Virus record (IMG/VR): IMGVR_UViG_3300031951_021468
Length of the DNA: 64,000 nucleotides
From: an uncultured virus (IMG/VR IMGVR_UViG_3300031951_021468)
Lineage: Duplodnaviria > Heunggongvirae > Uroviricota > Caudoviricetes
Reading direction: 5' to 3' (one strand)
Part shown: positions 17,447 through 26,093 of the stretch, one piece after another
Numbering within the stretch: the stretch's first letter is position 1
How the letters are laid out: each line of letters starts with the position of its first letter
Made by a program: the position numbers and the translations under genes
The notes under the pieces: generated by a model
What the model saw: only the letters and a program-made list of their open reading frames with translations
What the model was told of the DNA's origin: nothing
The model's database searches: none

Positions 17447-18141
17447 AAATCTTCTCTTCCTAAATTATTATAATGCTTCTCAAGTTTATCTAATGATATT
17501 TCTTCTTTTTTTCTCTCTATCCGATCATAATTTTGCATTTTCTTAATCGAAGTGTCAATAATTTGATAAACCCTTGAGTCGCAAACGTCAATAGATTTTG
17601 CAATAGAAGATATAGATTTTCCAGAAATGTATTCACGTATGACTTCTTGTTCACGTTTGTTTAGCCGCTGTAAATATTCTTCAATCTTTTGTCTTTCCCA
17701 GTCTTTATGTAACAAATCGATGATATCAACCGATGAAAAAGATTGTGATTCTGATATAATATCTTCTATTGATATCATGTCTCCTGTGCCATCTGATACA
17801 CACTGATCAAAGCTAACCCATCGTATATTGTTGCCTTTTTCCTGCATGCTTCTGGTGGCATGAGAATTTTTTCTTACAGCGTCTCTGATAGAAAGTTTAG
17901 CCTGGGACGTGGCCCATGTGGAAAGCTTAGCCCCGTGTGAAGGGTTGTATGTATCTACGGCCTTTACAATTGCCATGGCAGCCACTTGATAAATATCATC
18001 ACTATCCATAGTCACAAGGCCATTGTCTACTGATTTCCAGTGCTTGGATAAATAAAAAGCAATTCCCATTAAGTTTTCAATTTTTTTCTCTCGGGGCCAA
18101 TGATCGGGGATATGTGATGGGATTTTAAGTTCTGCTGTCAA
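17443..18141 (-). CDS. Sigma-70 family sigma factor (FliA/SigF-like)
   Basis: Region 2 DDIYQVAAMAIVKAVDTYNP...LSTWA...IRDAVR; region 4 LNKREQEVI...IAKSIDVCDSRVYQI. Confidence 0.88.
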   Translation of the reverse strand: MTAELKIPSHIPDHWPREKKIENLMGIAFYLSKHWKSVDNGLVTMDSDDIYQVAAMAIVKAVDTYNPSHGAKLSTWATSQAKLSIRDAVRKNSHATRSMQEKGNNIRWVSFDQCVSDGTGDMISIEDIISESQSFSSVDIIDLLHKDWERQKIEEYLQRLNKREQEVIREYISGKSISSIAKSIDVCDSRVYQIIDTSIKKMQNYDRIERKKEEISLDKLEKHYNNLGREDL

Positions 18142-18196
18142 TTTTGATTCGCCTCGTTTGAAATTGGTTTGTAATTTATTATAGTGTTGTTTTCAT

Positions 18197-18847
18197 TTAT
18201 TTTTTTAAAAGAATCTCCATTACATAAGTAATTGCGTGAACGACCTCTGAAGCTGTCATATGCTCTTCTACACCAGTGCCCCTTAGTCCAGGGGAAATAT
18301 TAAAGTCAATAGCCACAACCTCTCCATTGTTTAGTGGTATATAATCTATCGCCCACAAAGGGTAAGGCACTTTTCTTATTGGGCCAATAAGATCGCTGAC
18401 TTGGAGAATTTTGATATTAACATCTCCGCAATTTGATCTCCAGTCATCATCGCTAGAATATTCAAGAAGAAATGGTTGATATCCGACCTGAAGCCATCGT
18501 AAAGTAATCGGATTTTCTTGTTGGCGCGGGATATATGAAGATGCAAAAGAATCAACAGGCTCTTTTAAGGCTTGTTGATAATCTACAAGCCTTTTCCCAT
18601 CTCCAGCATGAGCGTCTAAATCATCATAAATAACAAATTTTTGCGTATCGTCTTTCGTTTCGTCTAGCAAATCACTAATTTTCCCATAAGAAGGAGTATT
18701 TTGTCCCAGACTTACTAAAAAATCAAATTGTTGCTCTTTGTTTGGCCCGCTACGCGATAGTCTTTCAAACACGACAAGGTCATCGCCAAACATATGAAAC
18801 ATATGATCGTAATAATCTCGCCAATCTGATTTAAGTGATAATTTCAT
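18197..18847 (-). CDS. Hypothetical protein, possible ATP-grasp fold
   Basis: WRSNCG...WAIDYI...AIDFNISPG. Confidence 0.55.
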   Translation of the reverse strand: MKLSLKSDWRDYYDHMFHMFGDDLVVFERLSRSGPNKEQQFDFLVSLGQNTPSYGKISDLLDETKDDTQKFVIYDDLDAHAGDGKRLVDYQQALKEPVDSFASSYIPRQQENPITLRWLQVGYQPFLLEYSSDDDWRSNCGDVNIKILQVSDLIGPIRKVPYPLWAIDYIPLNNGEVVAIDFNISPGLRGTGVEEHMTASEVVHAITYVMEILLKK

Positions 18848-18848
18848 G

Positions 18849-19298
18849 TTATTTATTCAGAAAGCTTGCCATAAGCCTCACTGCTTCTTCAATGTCGTTG
18901 ACTATCGCCCAAGCGGCTTCTCTGACCATAGCATGATCGTGTGGGTTCCCAACACCCCTGTCCATAACTAGAATAATTGGTTTTTTAAGTGCATAAGCAA
19001 TCCCAACTTCTATACATGTTCCAACGCTGACTTTTTCCGCCCCTTGAAAACATACAATCATACCACTAGACTGCTCTATATCTAAAGCGTCTCGTCTCAT
19101 GATAATCTTTTCAAGGGCGTGAATCGTATCATTTAGTTCAGTCATGGCGCTTGTGTTCATGAGCATTTGCTCTTTATGACGAAGAGGGTTGAGGCCAATT
19201 AAATTATGATTTTCTAAGGCTTGTTCTGCTTCTTTGCGCCAATCGGCGCATTTGGCGAATCCCCCAATAGGGCCAGCTAAATATATGGTTTGTGTCAT
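18849..19298 (-). CDS. Nucleoside 2-deoxyribosyltransferase/dNMP hydrolase family
   Basis: IYLAGPI...RD...SVGTCIEVGIAYALKKP. Confidence 0.85.
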   Translation of the reverse strand: MTQTIYLAGPIGGFAKCADWRKEAEQALENHNLIGLNPLRHKEQMLMNTSAMTELNDTIHALEKIIMRRDALDIEQSSGMIVCFQGAEKVSVGTCIEVGIAYALKKPIILVMDRGVGNPHDHAMVREAAWAIVNDIEEAVRLMASFLNK

Positions 19299-19303
19299 TG
19301 TTT

Positions 19304-19540
19304 TTATTTATTTTCTTGGTTGGGTACAACTTCCCAGTCGGTAGCAGTGAGGTCTTCCTCGGTGACATACGTAGTGATTACGGTATTACCCACCCACATT
19401 TGTATAAGAGTTGGGTAATCATCCTGCTTGGACGACATCTTCCATGAAGTCGCTTCAGTCCACGCTGCTCGACGCACTCGCTTGCCTGCCAGCAGGGCGT
19501 CAAAAGCCTCATAACATGTCATCCTGTTCCTCCTGGTCAT
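19304..19540 (-). CDS. DUF2829/Tad2-like small protein
   Basis: EAFDALLAGKRVRRAAW...EDLTATDWEVV. Confidence 0.6.
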   Translation of the reverse strand: MTRRNRMTCYEAFDALLAGKRVRRAAWTEATSWKMSSKQDDYPTLIQMWVGNTVITTYVTEEDLTATDWEVVPNQENK

Positions 19541-19805
19541 CAGGCCAAATATGAATTAACTCAACACCTTCGCTTTCGCACATTATACTAAGAAGGTCTT
19601 CCGTAACTTCTAAAAGCGGCACTGTGTGCCCAGTAGAATCAATATCTTGTGGCCTAATCACGTCCTTATTCCCTTGCGCTTCATTAAGTAAGCGTTCCCA
19701 TTCACTATCATCAATAATATGAGCATGTTGCCAGTAATCACCGCCAATTTCTTCACAGTTGGCCCACAAAACCAGCTGTCCGTAAGACTTATAGAGAATT
19801 GTCAT
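19509..19805 (-). CDS. Hypothetical protein
   Basis: 98-aa ORF in operon context. Confidence 0.6.
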   Translation of the reverse strand: MTILYKSYGQLVLWANCEEIGGDYWQHAHIIDDSEWERLLNEAQGNKDVIRPQDIDSTGHTVPLLEVTEDLLSIMCESEGVELIHIWPDDQEEQDDML

Positions 19806-20035
19806 TTCTCATCATCCCTCGGCATTGGCGGAAATGGGTCGGTCCCCAAACTATCTTTTGAGCGCATCGTACCGTCTACCCGATAGACAATCAACTCACA
19901 ACCTCGGTTCATGGCAATTCTGCGGCCAATTTTAATAGCGTCCGCCAACGTATGACGCACTGTTGATGGCCTCTTACATCCTTCGGAAATCACAATCCAT
20001 TGTTCCCCTCTGGGCCGAACATATGCGTTTTTCAT
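19802..20035 (-). CDS. DUF2188-like protein
   Basis: YVRPRGEQW...AIKIGRRIA...ELIVYRVDG..RSKDS.G.DPFPP. Confidence 0.7.
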   Translation of the reverse strand: MKNAYVRPRGEQWIVISEGCKRPSTVRHTLADAIKIGRRIAMNRGCELIVYRVDGTMRSKDSLGTDPFPPMPRDDEK

Positions 20036-20776
20036 TTATTCATCCTCCGTTCGCTTGAAATCAATAACCCATACCCATGGATTATCATCCCATGCCTTCG
20101 AACCGTATTTGGTATTCCATAAGTTCATAAACCATTCTGTTGGGCAGGTAAACTCACCACCTTCTCCCGCACCGTCAGGCAAAAGATTAATGTCACATCC
20201 TTCGTCAAGAGCGTCGGCTTCGGACAGGTCATGCAATCGTTCCACGCGAACATTTACAATTTCAAGTGTAAGTCTTGAGGCCCATCGGGGCATGTGGATG
20301 GAGGGCTTCCAGCGATAGCCGTAGCTGGCGCGGATTTCTTCGCCCTCCGCGCTGCAATTGGCGCGATACGCCGCCCCGTTGCGACGCGGGTCGTCGTAAC
20401 GAGTAACAAGCAGGTCACGCGGGAGGCCAAGCTCGTTGAAGTGGCCCACGCGCAGCTCACACCACGTCTCGCGCACCCAAAGGCGGTCGCCAGGAATGCC
20501 GTAAGGACATGAAATTTCATGTCGCGGCCCCAAAATAGGCAAAGCGCATGGGGGAATAAAACAATCTTGTTGATAGAATTTGCCGTCTGATTCAAACACT
20601 CGTTGGGTATGATTGCATGGACCAGGAGCAGGCTTACCAAAGTCGGTCATCTTCACGATCAGCCGCGTCTGCGTCTTGCGGCCATCAAGGACGGCCTGCA
20701 CCATTGCTGAATTTAGAGAAAGCGGGTGCTCTCTAACAGAAGTGTTTTTGTCTTTTTGAAATAATTGGTTCATCAT
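20036..20776 (-). CDS. Phage ASCH/PUA-like protein
   Basis: MVQAVLDGRKTQTR...GDRLWVRETW...WKPSIHMPRWASRL...NPWVWVIDF. Confidence 0.85.
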   Translation of the reverse strand: MMNQLFQKDKNTSVREHPLSLNSAMVQAVLDGRKTQTRLIVKMTDFGKPAPGPCNHTQRVFESDGKFYQQDCFIPPCALPILGPRHEISCPYGIPGDRLWVRETWCELRVGHFNELGLPRDLLVTRYDDPRRNGAAYRANCSAEGEEIRASYGYRWKPSIHMPRWASRLTLEIVNVRVERLHDLSEADALDEGCDINLLPDGAGEGGEFTCPTEWFMNLWNTKYGSKAWDDNPWVWVIDFKRTEDE

Positions 20777-20791
20777 ATAATTTGTATCATG

Positions 20792-21184
20792 TTAAAATAT
20801 TCTTAATCGCTCTTCTATATCTTCAAATTTAAGAATCAAATTGTGGATTTTATTTTTATATTCGTTTTCCAAAATGTCTTGATATATCTTTTGTGGCAAA
20901 ATTTGACAACAATGAAAGAAAACTTCATCAATCATAGTGTTTGTGGCAGGGTAAGAGCCGCGCTCGAAACCTCCGTCTCTTAATATCATTTCTTGTTGTC
21001 CAGGGCTACAGTAAAGATAATACCTAAAACTTAAACGGTGGCCATCTTCTGGCATCGGCAAGCCAATCTCATTCATTATTTCAGAAACAGAATTTTTGTC
21101 AGAAACTGAAATAAATTCAATATCTAGATATTCCATGGTTTTTTCGATATACTTAATCTTGCGCTCTTTCATTCTTTGTGTCAT
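20792..21184 (-). CDS. Hypothetical protein
   Basis: 130 aa, AGGAG SD. Confidence 0.7.
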   Translation of the reverse strand: MTQRMKERKIKYIEKTMEYLDIEFISVSDKNSVSEIMNEIGLPMPEDGHRLSFRYYLYCSPGQQEMILRDGGFERGSYPATNTMIDEVFFHCCQILPQKIYQDILENEYKNKIHNLILKFEDIEERLRIF

Positions 21185-21196
21185 TGTAAAATCTCC

Positions 21197-23002
21197 TTAA
21201 GAATTATAGTAGTTTAAAATTGTCTCTCTTGAACTAAAGCCTCTGCTTCTGGGAGAAACAATAAGTGTTGGGGATGATTGTGCGCACTTAAATACACTCC
21301 TCTTTGATCGATTCCAGGCATCACGTGCCGCCGACACAAAAACATCCTTGGGATAATTGTATGGGTCGCATTCGCAAAAATAATCAGTAGTTAACGTGTG
21401 ATTATCATAGGCTTCTTCCAGGTCTCTTACAGTCATCCTGCGTCGGATAATTTCGGCACAAATTCCAGAATACAGAGGATAATCAAATGGGTCTTCGCTA
21501 CTGTCTGCAAGCTCAGCCATGGGCTTGGTGCTTCCATCATAAAGATTGATTGGAATGATTTCATCCTCATATATTTCATTGATATATTTCGCCAAGCAAT
21601 TTACCTCTGATTTTGTCAGGTCACCAAGCGGCTGGAAAAGACCCACGCTGCCCACGTCATGGAAAGTAAACCATCCAAGTACATTTTCAGTGTGATTGCC
21701 CGTGGAAATAATAGCCGATTTAAAATAATGACAGATTGACAGGCCAAGCAATGTTCGACCTACAGCATCTAATGTAGTGTCCACCATCTGGGGAAGCTCT
21801 TCGCTGGCAAGGGGCATGCGACAACCATCTTCTGCAGATTCCAAGTAAGCATTTTGGAAAATCGACTTGGCATGATTTGTAAGATCGCCCACGGGCATCC
21901 AATACAGGGGGACCCCGAGCTTGTCAGCAATGTACTGAGCATTATTTTTAGTAATATCTCCATTATATTGGGAGGGATTACTAATGAAAACACAACGATC
22001 AGGCCCAAGCGCCTTGGCGCAAAGCGCTGCCACAACGGCGCTGTCTATGCCACCAGAAACGTGAACTTGGGCACGCTCTATGCCAGTTTGGTCCATCAAC
22101 TGACGCAAAGCATATTTCAGGGCACACCAGATAGTCTGGTATTTATCATTCTTTGAATATAGAAATCTCCTTTGATTACGCTTGTCAATTCCATCCCAAT
22201 CATTGTCAAACCAATTGAAAATTTTCCCCTTTTTTAAGGAGCAAGATATAATTTTTTCTTCGAAAGACGGAAGGATGTCAAACAGATTGCCCAAGGCATC
22301 ATAAACCATCGACCTACCGTCATAAACCATAAAGTTCTTAACAATATCTCCCACCCCCACGGCGTTAACATAAAAAATTCCTACTTTATGATCTCGTGCA
22401 AGATTAGAAAGCAAATTTTGACGAGCTGAATGCTTCTCATAAGTGTAGTAACTATAGTTGATGCAAAAGATCATGGAAAGATCAGGATTGAGGGCTTTAA
22501 GCTCTGCAACCAAGTTTCGGTCATGATCGGGTGCCCAGATATCCTCACAGATAAGAACGCCCGCCACCTGATCGCCAACCTGGAATGTGAATAGATTCTC
22601 ACCAGGAATAAAATATTTTCGATCTTCATGCTGAAAATCATTAGCCAACAAAATCTTGTCGTAAACAGCAAGAAGTTTTCCGTCTCTTGCGATCATAGCA
22701 CTGTTGTGGAGTCTGATGTTACCGTTAGGTTCTCTATCAGGCGTGGCAAATCTCGGTGCTCCAAAAATAGCAGTTTTGTTTGTGCCCTTAGTCGCTTTAA
22801 CAATTTGATCCACACACTCAAGGGCGTCATTGATAAAGTCGTCACTTTCAAAAAGCGACCCGCAATTATACCCAGTGACAGCAAGTTCTGGAAATATAAT
22901 CACGGAATTGTCGCTTGATTCTTCCACGGTGTTGATAATTTTCGCAGTATTCCCGTATAGGTCGCCCGTGCGGAGTTCTAATTGAGCAATAACAATGTTC
23001 AT
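21197..23002 (-). CDS. nadE: Glutamine-dependent NAD+ synthetase
   Basis: CN-hydrolase domain (FPEL, K, ICED) fused to the SGGIDS synthetase domain. Confidence 0.93.
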   Translation of the reverse strand: MNIVIAQLELRTGDLYGNTAKIINTVEESSDNSVIIFPELAVTGYNCGSLFESDDFINDALECVDQIVKATKGTNKTAIFGAPRFATPDREPNGNIRLHNSAMIARDGKLLAVYDKILLANDFQHEDRKYFIPGENLFTFQVGDQVAGVLICEDIWAPDHDRNLVAELKALNPDLSMIFCINYSYYTYEKHSARQNLLSNLARDHKVGIFYVNAVGVGDIVKNFMVYDGRSMVYDALGNLFDILPSFEEKIISCSLKKGKIFNWFDNDWDGIDKRNQRRFLYSKNDKYQTIWCALKYALRQLMDQTGIERAQVHVSGGIDSAVVAALCAKALGPDRCVFISNPSQYNGDITKNNAQYIADKLGVPLYWMPVGDLTNHAKSIFQNAYLESAEDGCRMPLASEELPQMVDTTLDAVGRTLLGLSICHYFKSAIISTGNHTENVLGWFTFHDVGSVGLFQPLGDLTKSEVNCLAKYINEIYEDEIIPINLYDGSTKPMAELADSSEDPFDYPLYSGICAEIIRRRMTVRDLEEAYDNHTLTTDYFCECDPYNYPKDVFVSAARDAWNRSKRSVFKCAQSSPTLIVSPRSRGFSSRETILNYYNS

Positions 23003-23030
23003 TAATTATTCTACGAAAAGAAATCAATAT

Positions 23031-23357
23031 TTATACCACGGGTTTCCATGTGTTAAATTTTCTAAAAGCCTTTCTTTTTTCTCCCCAGATTGGTTCCGTG
23101 CAAATTGCAGTGTCTCCCATCTGGTCATCAGGCTCGTAAAAAGTAACAAATTTTATGTCATTCTCTTGGCAAACATAGCTTATTTTTTCCAATTCAAATG
23201 TATTTTCAACCGAGCAAAGAACAAGGTGGCAAGAATCGGGGCAGCCAAATTTAGCTCCCGATTCTTGCGCAGCATGACAGGCCTGAACCATCTGGTCCGC
23301 TACGCCAATGTCTTTTCTAACGAAAATATATATATAAGGCGCGGTAGTCTAGCTCAT
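23031..23357 (-). CDS. PTH2-like peptidyl-tRNA hydrolase with in-frame TAG at codon 3
   Basis: ATG-AGC-TAG-ACT...YIYIFVRKD...QMVQACHAA...FYEPD...TAI; ATG overlaps the upstream TGA; the track ORF (start 23291) lacks the conserved first strand. Confidence 0.75.
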
Positions 23358-24079
23358 GATTTTTCACCACTATCTATGGCACCAAGAGTTTCGTCAGTCC
23401 ATCCATTGTTTCCGCATTTTAAGCCCGTTGACGTTGAAGCATACTCTACTGTGGCGATTGCAAATGCAGGGAAGCTTTTATCCCAATAGGATATTTGCAC
23501 AATTTGATTTAAATCAAGCCACTGCGGACATTCATGCCAATATTCTTGCTTAAATTTAATTTCTCCGATCTTAATATTTGAAAGATCAACAATATTTACG
23601 TAATTAGGCGAATTACAGAACGGGTCATACCCCATTACAAAAGCAAAATCTGCATGGCACCATGCTTCATTATCCTTATAATCTTCTTCAATTTCTTTGT
23701 CCACAAGAGTAAAAGCAACTCCTTTATATACTACATGATGAAATCTGGGTATATAAAATTCTAAAAACTTAATGCAACCCTGTGGTTCAAGTTCAGCTAA
23801 TAATTTCATTTCTGGCAATGAATAGACAAATATTTTTTTGCTTTCACTTACTAGTGCGTACCATTCACCGTCATGTCTAAACGGATGAAACACAACACGC
23901 GGGGACTTAAAATCGGAAACCTCGTATGTTCCTATTTTAGTTTCTGAGTCCTCATTAACCTCATAGACATCAACATAGTGATATTTAATCTTGTGAACTT
24001 TTCCGTCACTAAACTTGCAAGGCTTTAAAAAACCTTCACCAAGGCGAGCAACATATGGCGGTTTGTATTCGGTAGTCAT
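23354..24079 (-). CDS. Hypothetical protein
   Basis: Start MTTEYK after AAAGGA, coupled to the upstream stop. Confidence 0.75.
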   Translation of the reverse strand: MTTEYKPPYVARLGEGFLKPCKFSDGKVHKIKYHYVDVYEVNEDSETKIGTYEVSDFKSPRVVFHPFRHDGEWYALVSESKKIFVYSLPEMKLLAELEPQGCIKFLEFYIPRFHHVVYKGVAFTLVDKEIEEDYKDNEAWCHADFAFVMGYDPFCNSPNYVNIVDLSNIKIGEIKFKQEYWHECPQWLDLNQIVQISYWDKSFPAFAIATVEYASTSTGLKCGNNGWTDETLGAIDSGEKS

Positions 24080-24080
24080 T

Positions 24081-24674
24081 TTAGTTTCCTTTGTATTTTT
24101 CCATAAGCCGATGATATTCTTTAAGTTCATTTTCTTCTCGTTCTTTTTTACGTTGTCTTTCGCGGTCGCGGGCATCTTTAATCTCTTGTGCTTTTTTCTC
24201 TTGCGCGGCTTTTTCTTTTTCGGTTTTCATATTGTCAATAACGCTGGTGTCCCAGAGTGCCTGTATAGGAATATCATAAGAATATTCTTCATCGGGACAG
24301 CACCCCCTCAAACATCCACGAGAAGAATATTCAACCGTGATATGGTCGTCGCCAATAGCATAAATTCGTTGAAACCTTTCTCCGCTTTCTCCCATTGTGA
24401 GCACGTAATAATCAGAAACCATTTTAATTTTTTCTTCAAAAGCTTTATATAGCTTTGACATTAAAATAACAGACCTTTCGGTCCAATTTTCGGATTGTTT
24501 ATCATAGTCTGCTGGCACCCAGGTCTCTGGGTCAGCAAGGGTTACAAGCTCGACGCCATCCCTAATACGAGGCGCTTGATAGTGGTCGAATGCCTGAGCC
24601 AGACTTCGTGATCCATAAGTTTCCAAAGTCTCAACCACTTGCAAATCTTCATTTATTACAATTTTAGGCCACAT
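24081..24674 (-). CDS. Hypothetical protein with C-terminal coiled coil
   Basis: Start MWPKIV overlapping the end of the upstream gene. Confidence 0.7.
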   Translation of the reverse strand: MWPKIVINEDLQVVETLETYGSRSLAQAFDHYQAPRIRDGVELVTLADPETWVPADYDKQSENWTERSVILMSKLYKAFEEKIKMVSDYYVLTMGESGERFQRIYAIGDDHITVEYSSRGCLRGCCPDEEYSYDIPIQALWDTSVIDNMKTEKEKAAQEKKAQEIKDARDRERQRKKEREENELKEYHRLMEKYKGN

Positions 24675-25107
24675 TCTCGGAAGAATCCTCCAAAATATAA
24701 GCGCTTTGCTTAAGTATATTTTCCCTTCTATCAAGACGATAATAAAATTTAGAAATAGATTTTGCAGTTTCGAGATTTAAAATATCCCCGAAATTATCAG
24801 CCCAAAATTTTTGACTCTTTGATACTGGACAAGCCATTGATCTCAGGATTGTACTAGAAGTATACATTGAGTTTGAAACAATAATTGGAGTCTCGTACTC
24901 CCAAGATGGGTCTTGCTTTTTGGGCATTGTAAATCCTTTTCTCCAATCTTTTCCACGAAGAATTGCATAAAGCATGTAATCTGCTGCAGTAAGTTTGTAT
25001 TCTGAGTTAGAATTTACAATTTCACTCCATTTAGACCGAAGCTTTTCGTAGCCATCAGGAGAGTTAAAGAACGTCGATGTTATGTTTTTATTAAGTGTGT
25101 TTTTCAT
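24664..25107 (-). CDS. Hypothetical protein (LYAILRGK motif), first gene after the amber minigene
   Basis: 147-aa ORF; start region complementary to 25171-25181. Confidence 0.8.
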   Translation of the reverse strand: MKNTLNKNITSTFFNSPDGYEKLRSKWSEIVNSNSEYKLTAADYMLYAILRGKDWRKGFTMPKKQDPSWEYETPIIVSNSMYTSSTILRSMACPVSKSQKFWADNFGDILNLETAKSISKFYYRLDRRENILKQSAYILEDSSENVA

Positions 25108-25223
25108 ATTTGTATTTCTGTTTGTAATCGTGGGCTATGCAAAGCCATGAACGAAGTTAGTGAATGGAATTACAAATATGATTAAGGCGGACGAATGACC
25201 TACAACATAGGTGAGACCTCCTT
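25104..25223 (-). promoter_or_regulatory. Amber-containing minigene with anti-start helix (translational switch)
   Basis: SD AAGGAGGT 25216-25223; ATG TTG TAG GTC ATT CGT CCG CCT TAA 25208-25182; TCATATTTGTA pairs with TACAAATATGA over the downstream ATG. Confidence 0.7.
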
Positions 25224-25378
25224 TTTAATTGAGCCGTTAATTTGCCCAATAAAATAAATCAATCTTGATGAAATTATCAGGGGACGAGCCTGAACATCTC
25301 TGCAAATATGGATGGGTTTTTCCATCGTCTTTTTCCTGTGGCGCAGAGTTAATCCACTTGTACCAGAACACCATATAT

Positions 25379-25454
25379 TGGTGAAGGGAGTGGGGATCGA
25401 ACCCACGACATGCTGATTAAGAGTCAGCTGCTCTACCGACTGAGCTATCCCTCC
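25379..25454 (-). tRNA. tRNA-Lys(CTT)
   Basis: GCTGA-CTCTTAA-TCAGC, CCA. Confidence 0.95.
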
Positions 25455-25465
25455 ATGAAAAATTC

Positions 25466-25541
25466 TGGTGGGCCAGGCGGGGCTCGAACCCGCGACCCGC
25501 GGTTTAAAAGACCGCTGCTCTACCAACTGAGCTACTGACCC
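25466..25541 (-). tRNA. tRNA-Lys(TTT)
   Basis: GCGGT-CTTTTAA-ACCGC, CCA. Confidence 0.95.
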
Positions 25542-25609
25542 AAAATTTAAAGTTTTGGCCCCGAAGGTTTTCTGATCGCAGGAAAAGTTAAAAATAACTT
25601 TTGATTTGC

Positions 25610-25700
25610 AGACACATACGCAAAGAGGCCAGATTCTAGCCTCGGAAAGAACTAGAACCTAGTAATGTTTAGGTTTGCGTTTAAGAATGTTGTGTCTCAT
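25610..25700 (-). promoter_or_regulatory. Lys-rich leader ORF with alternative hairpins upstream of the tRNA-Lys genes
   Basis: MRHNILKRKPKHY-TAG (25700-25659), three AAA codons, overlapping 1:2, 2:3 and 3:4 pairings. Confidence 0.45.
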
Positions 25701-25757
25701 TTTGAATTACCTTAATTCTCGTGTTATATCTTTAATACCTGCTTTTCAACAAAAAAG

Positions 25758-25973
25758 TTAGCATCTTTTCCGAAAAATTTCAAAAAATAAAGCAATTAAG
25801 AAAATAGCAAGCACGGAAATGCCCAAGCTGGCAAATATATTTAGGCTCAAAATCAATGATAAGGCCTTTGCTATAATTAAAATAAAAATGCTTATGACGG
25901 CCCCATACATGACCCCTTTAAGAAATACGCCGTCTGGTTGATCAGATTCTTGATAATTGTTTTTGTTTGACAT
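25758..25973 (-). CDS. Small membrane protein (two TM helices)
   Basis: MSNKNNY...two hydrophobic stretches; track start overlaps a tRNA. Confidence 0.65.
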   Translation of the reverse strand: MSNKNNYQESDQPDGVFLKGVMYGAVISIFILIIAKALSLILSLNIFASLGISVLAIFLIALFFEIFRKRC

Positions 25974-25997
25974 GACTCTGTATTGTTTTAGAAACCT

Positions 25998-26072
25998 TGG
26001 CGCTCTAGGCGGGACTCGAACCCGCGACATGCCCTTTTAGAGAGGGCCACTCTACCACTGAGTTACTAGAGC
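25998..26072 (-). tRNA. Amber suppressor tRNA (anticodon CTA) #1
   Basis: Full cloverleaf, GCCCT-CTCTAAA-AGGGC, G73, CCA. Confidence 0.9.
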
Positions 26073-26093
26073 GCGTATTTTTAATATATTGTC

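Noticed and set aside
20255..20710. GC-rich patch in the ASCH-like gene as an intron or insertion
   Set aside because: The reading frame and family motifs are continuous; ordinary mosaicism suffices.
25200..25526. 108-aa ORF from the track
   Set aside because: It runs through both tRNA-Lys genes; only its last codons coincide with the minigene.
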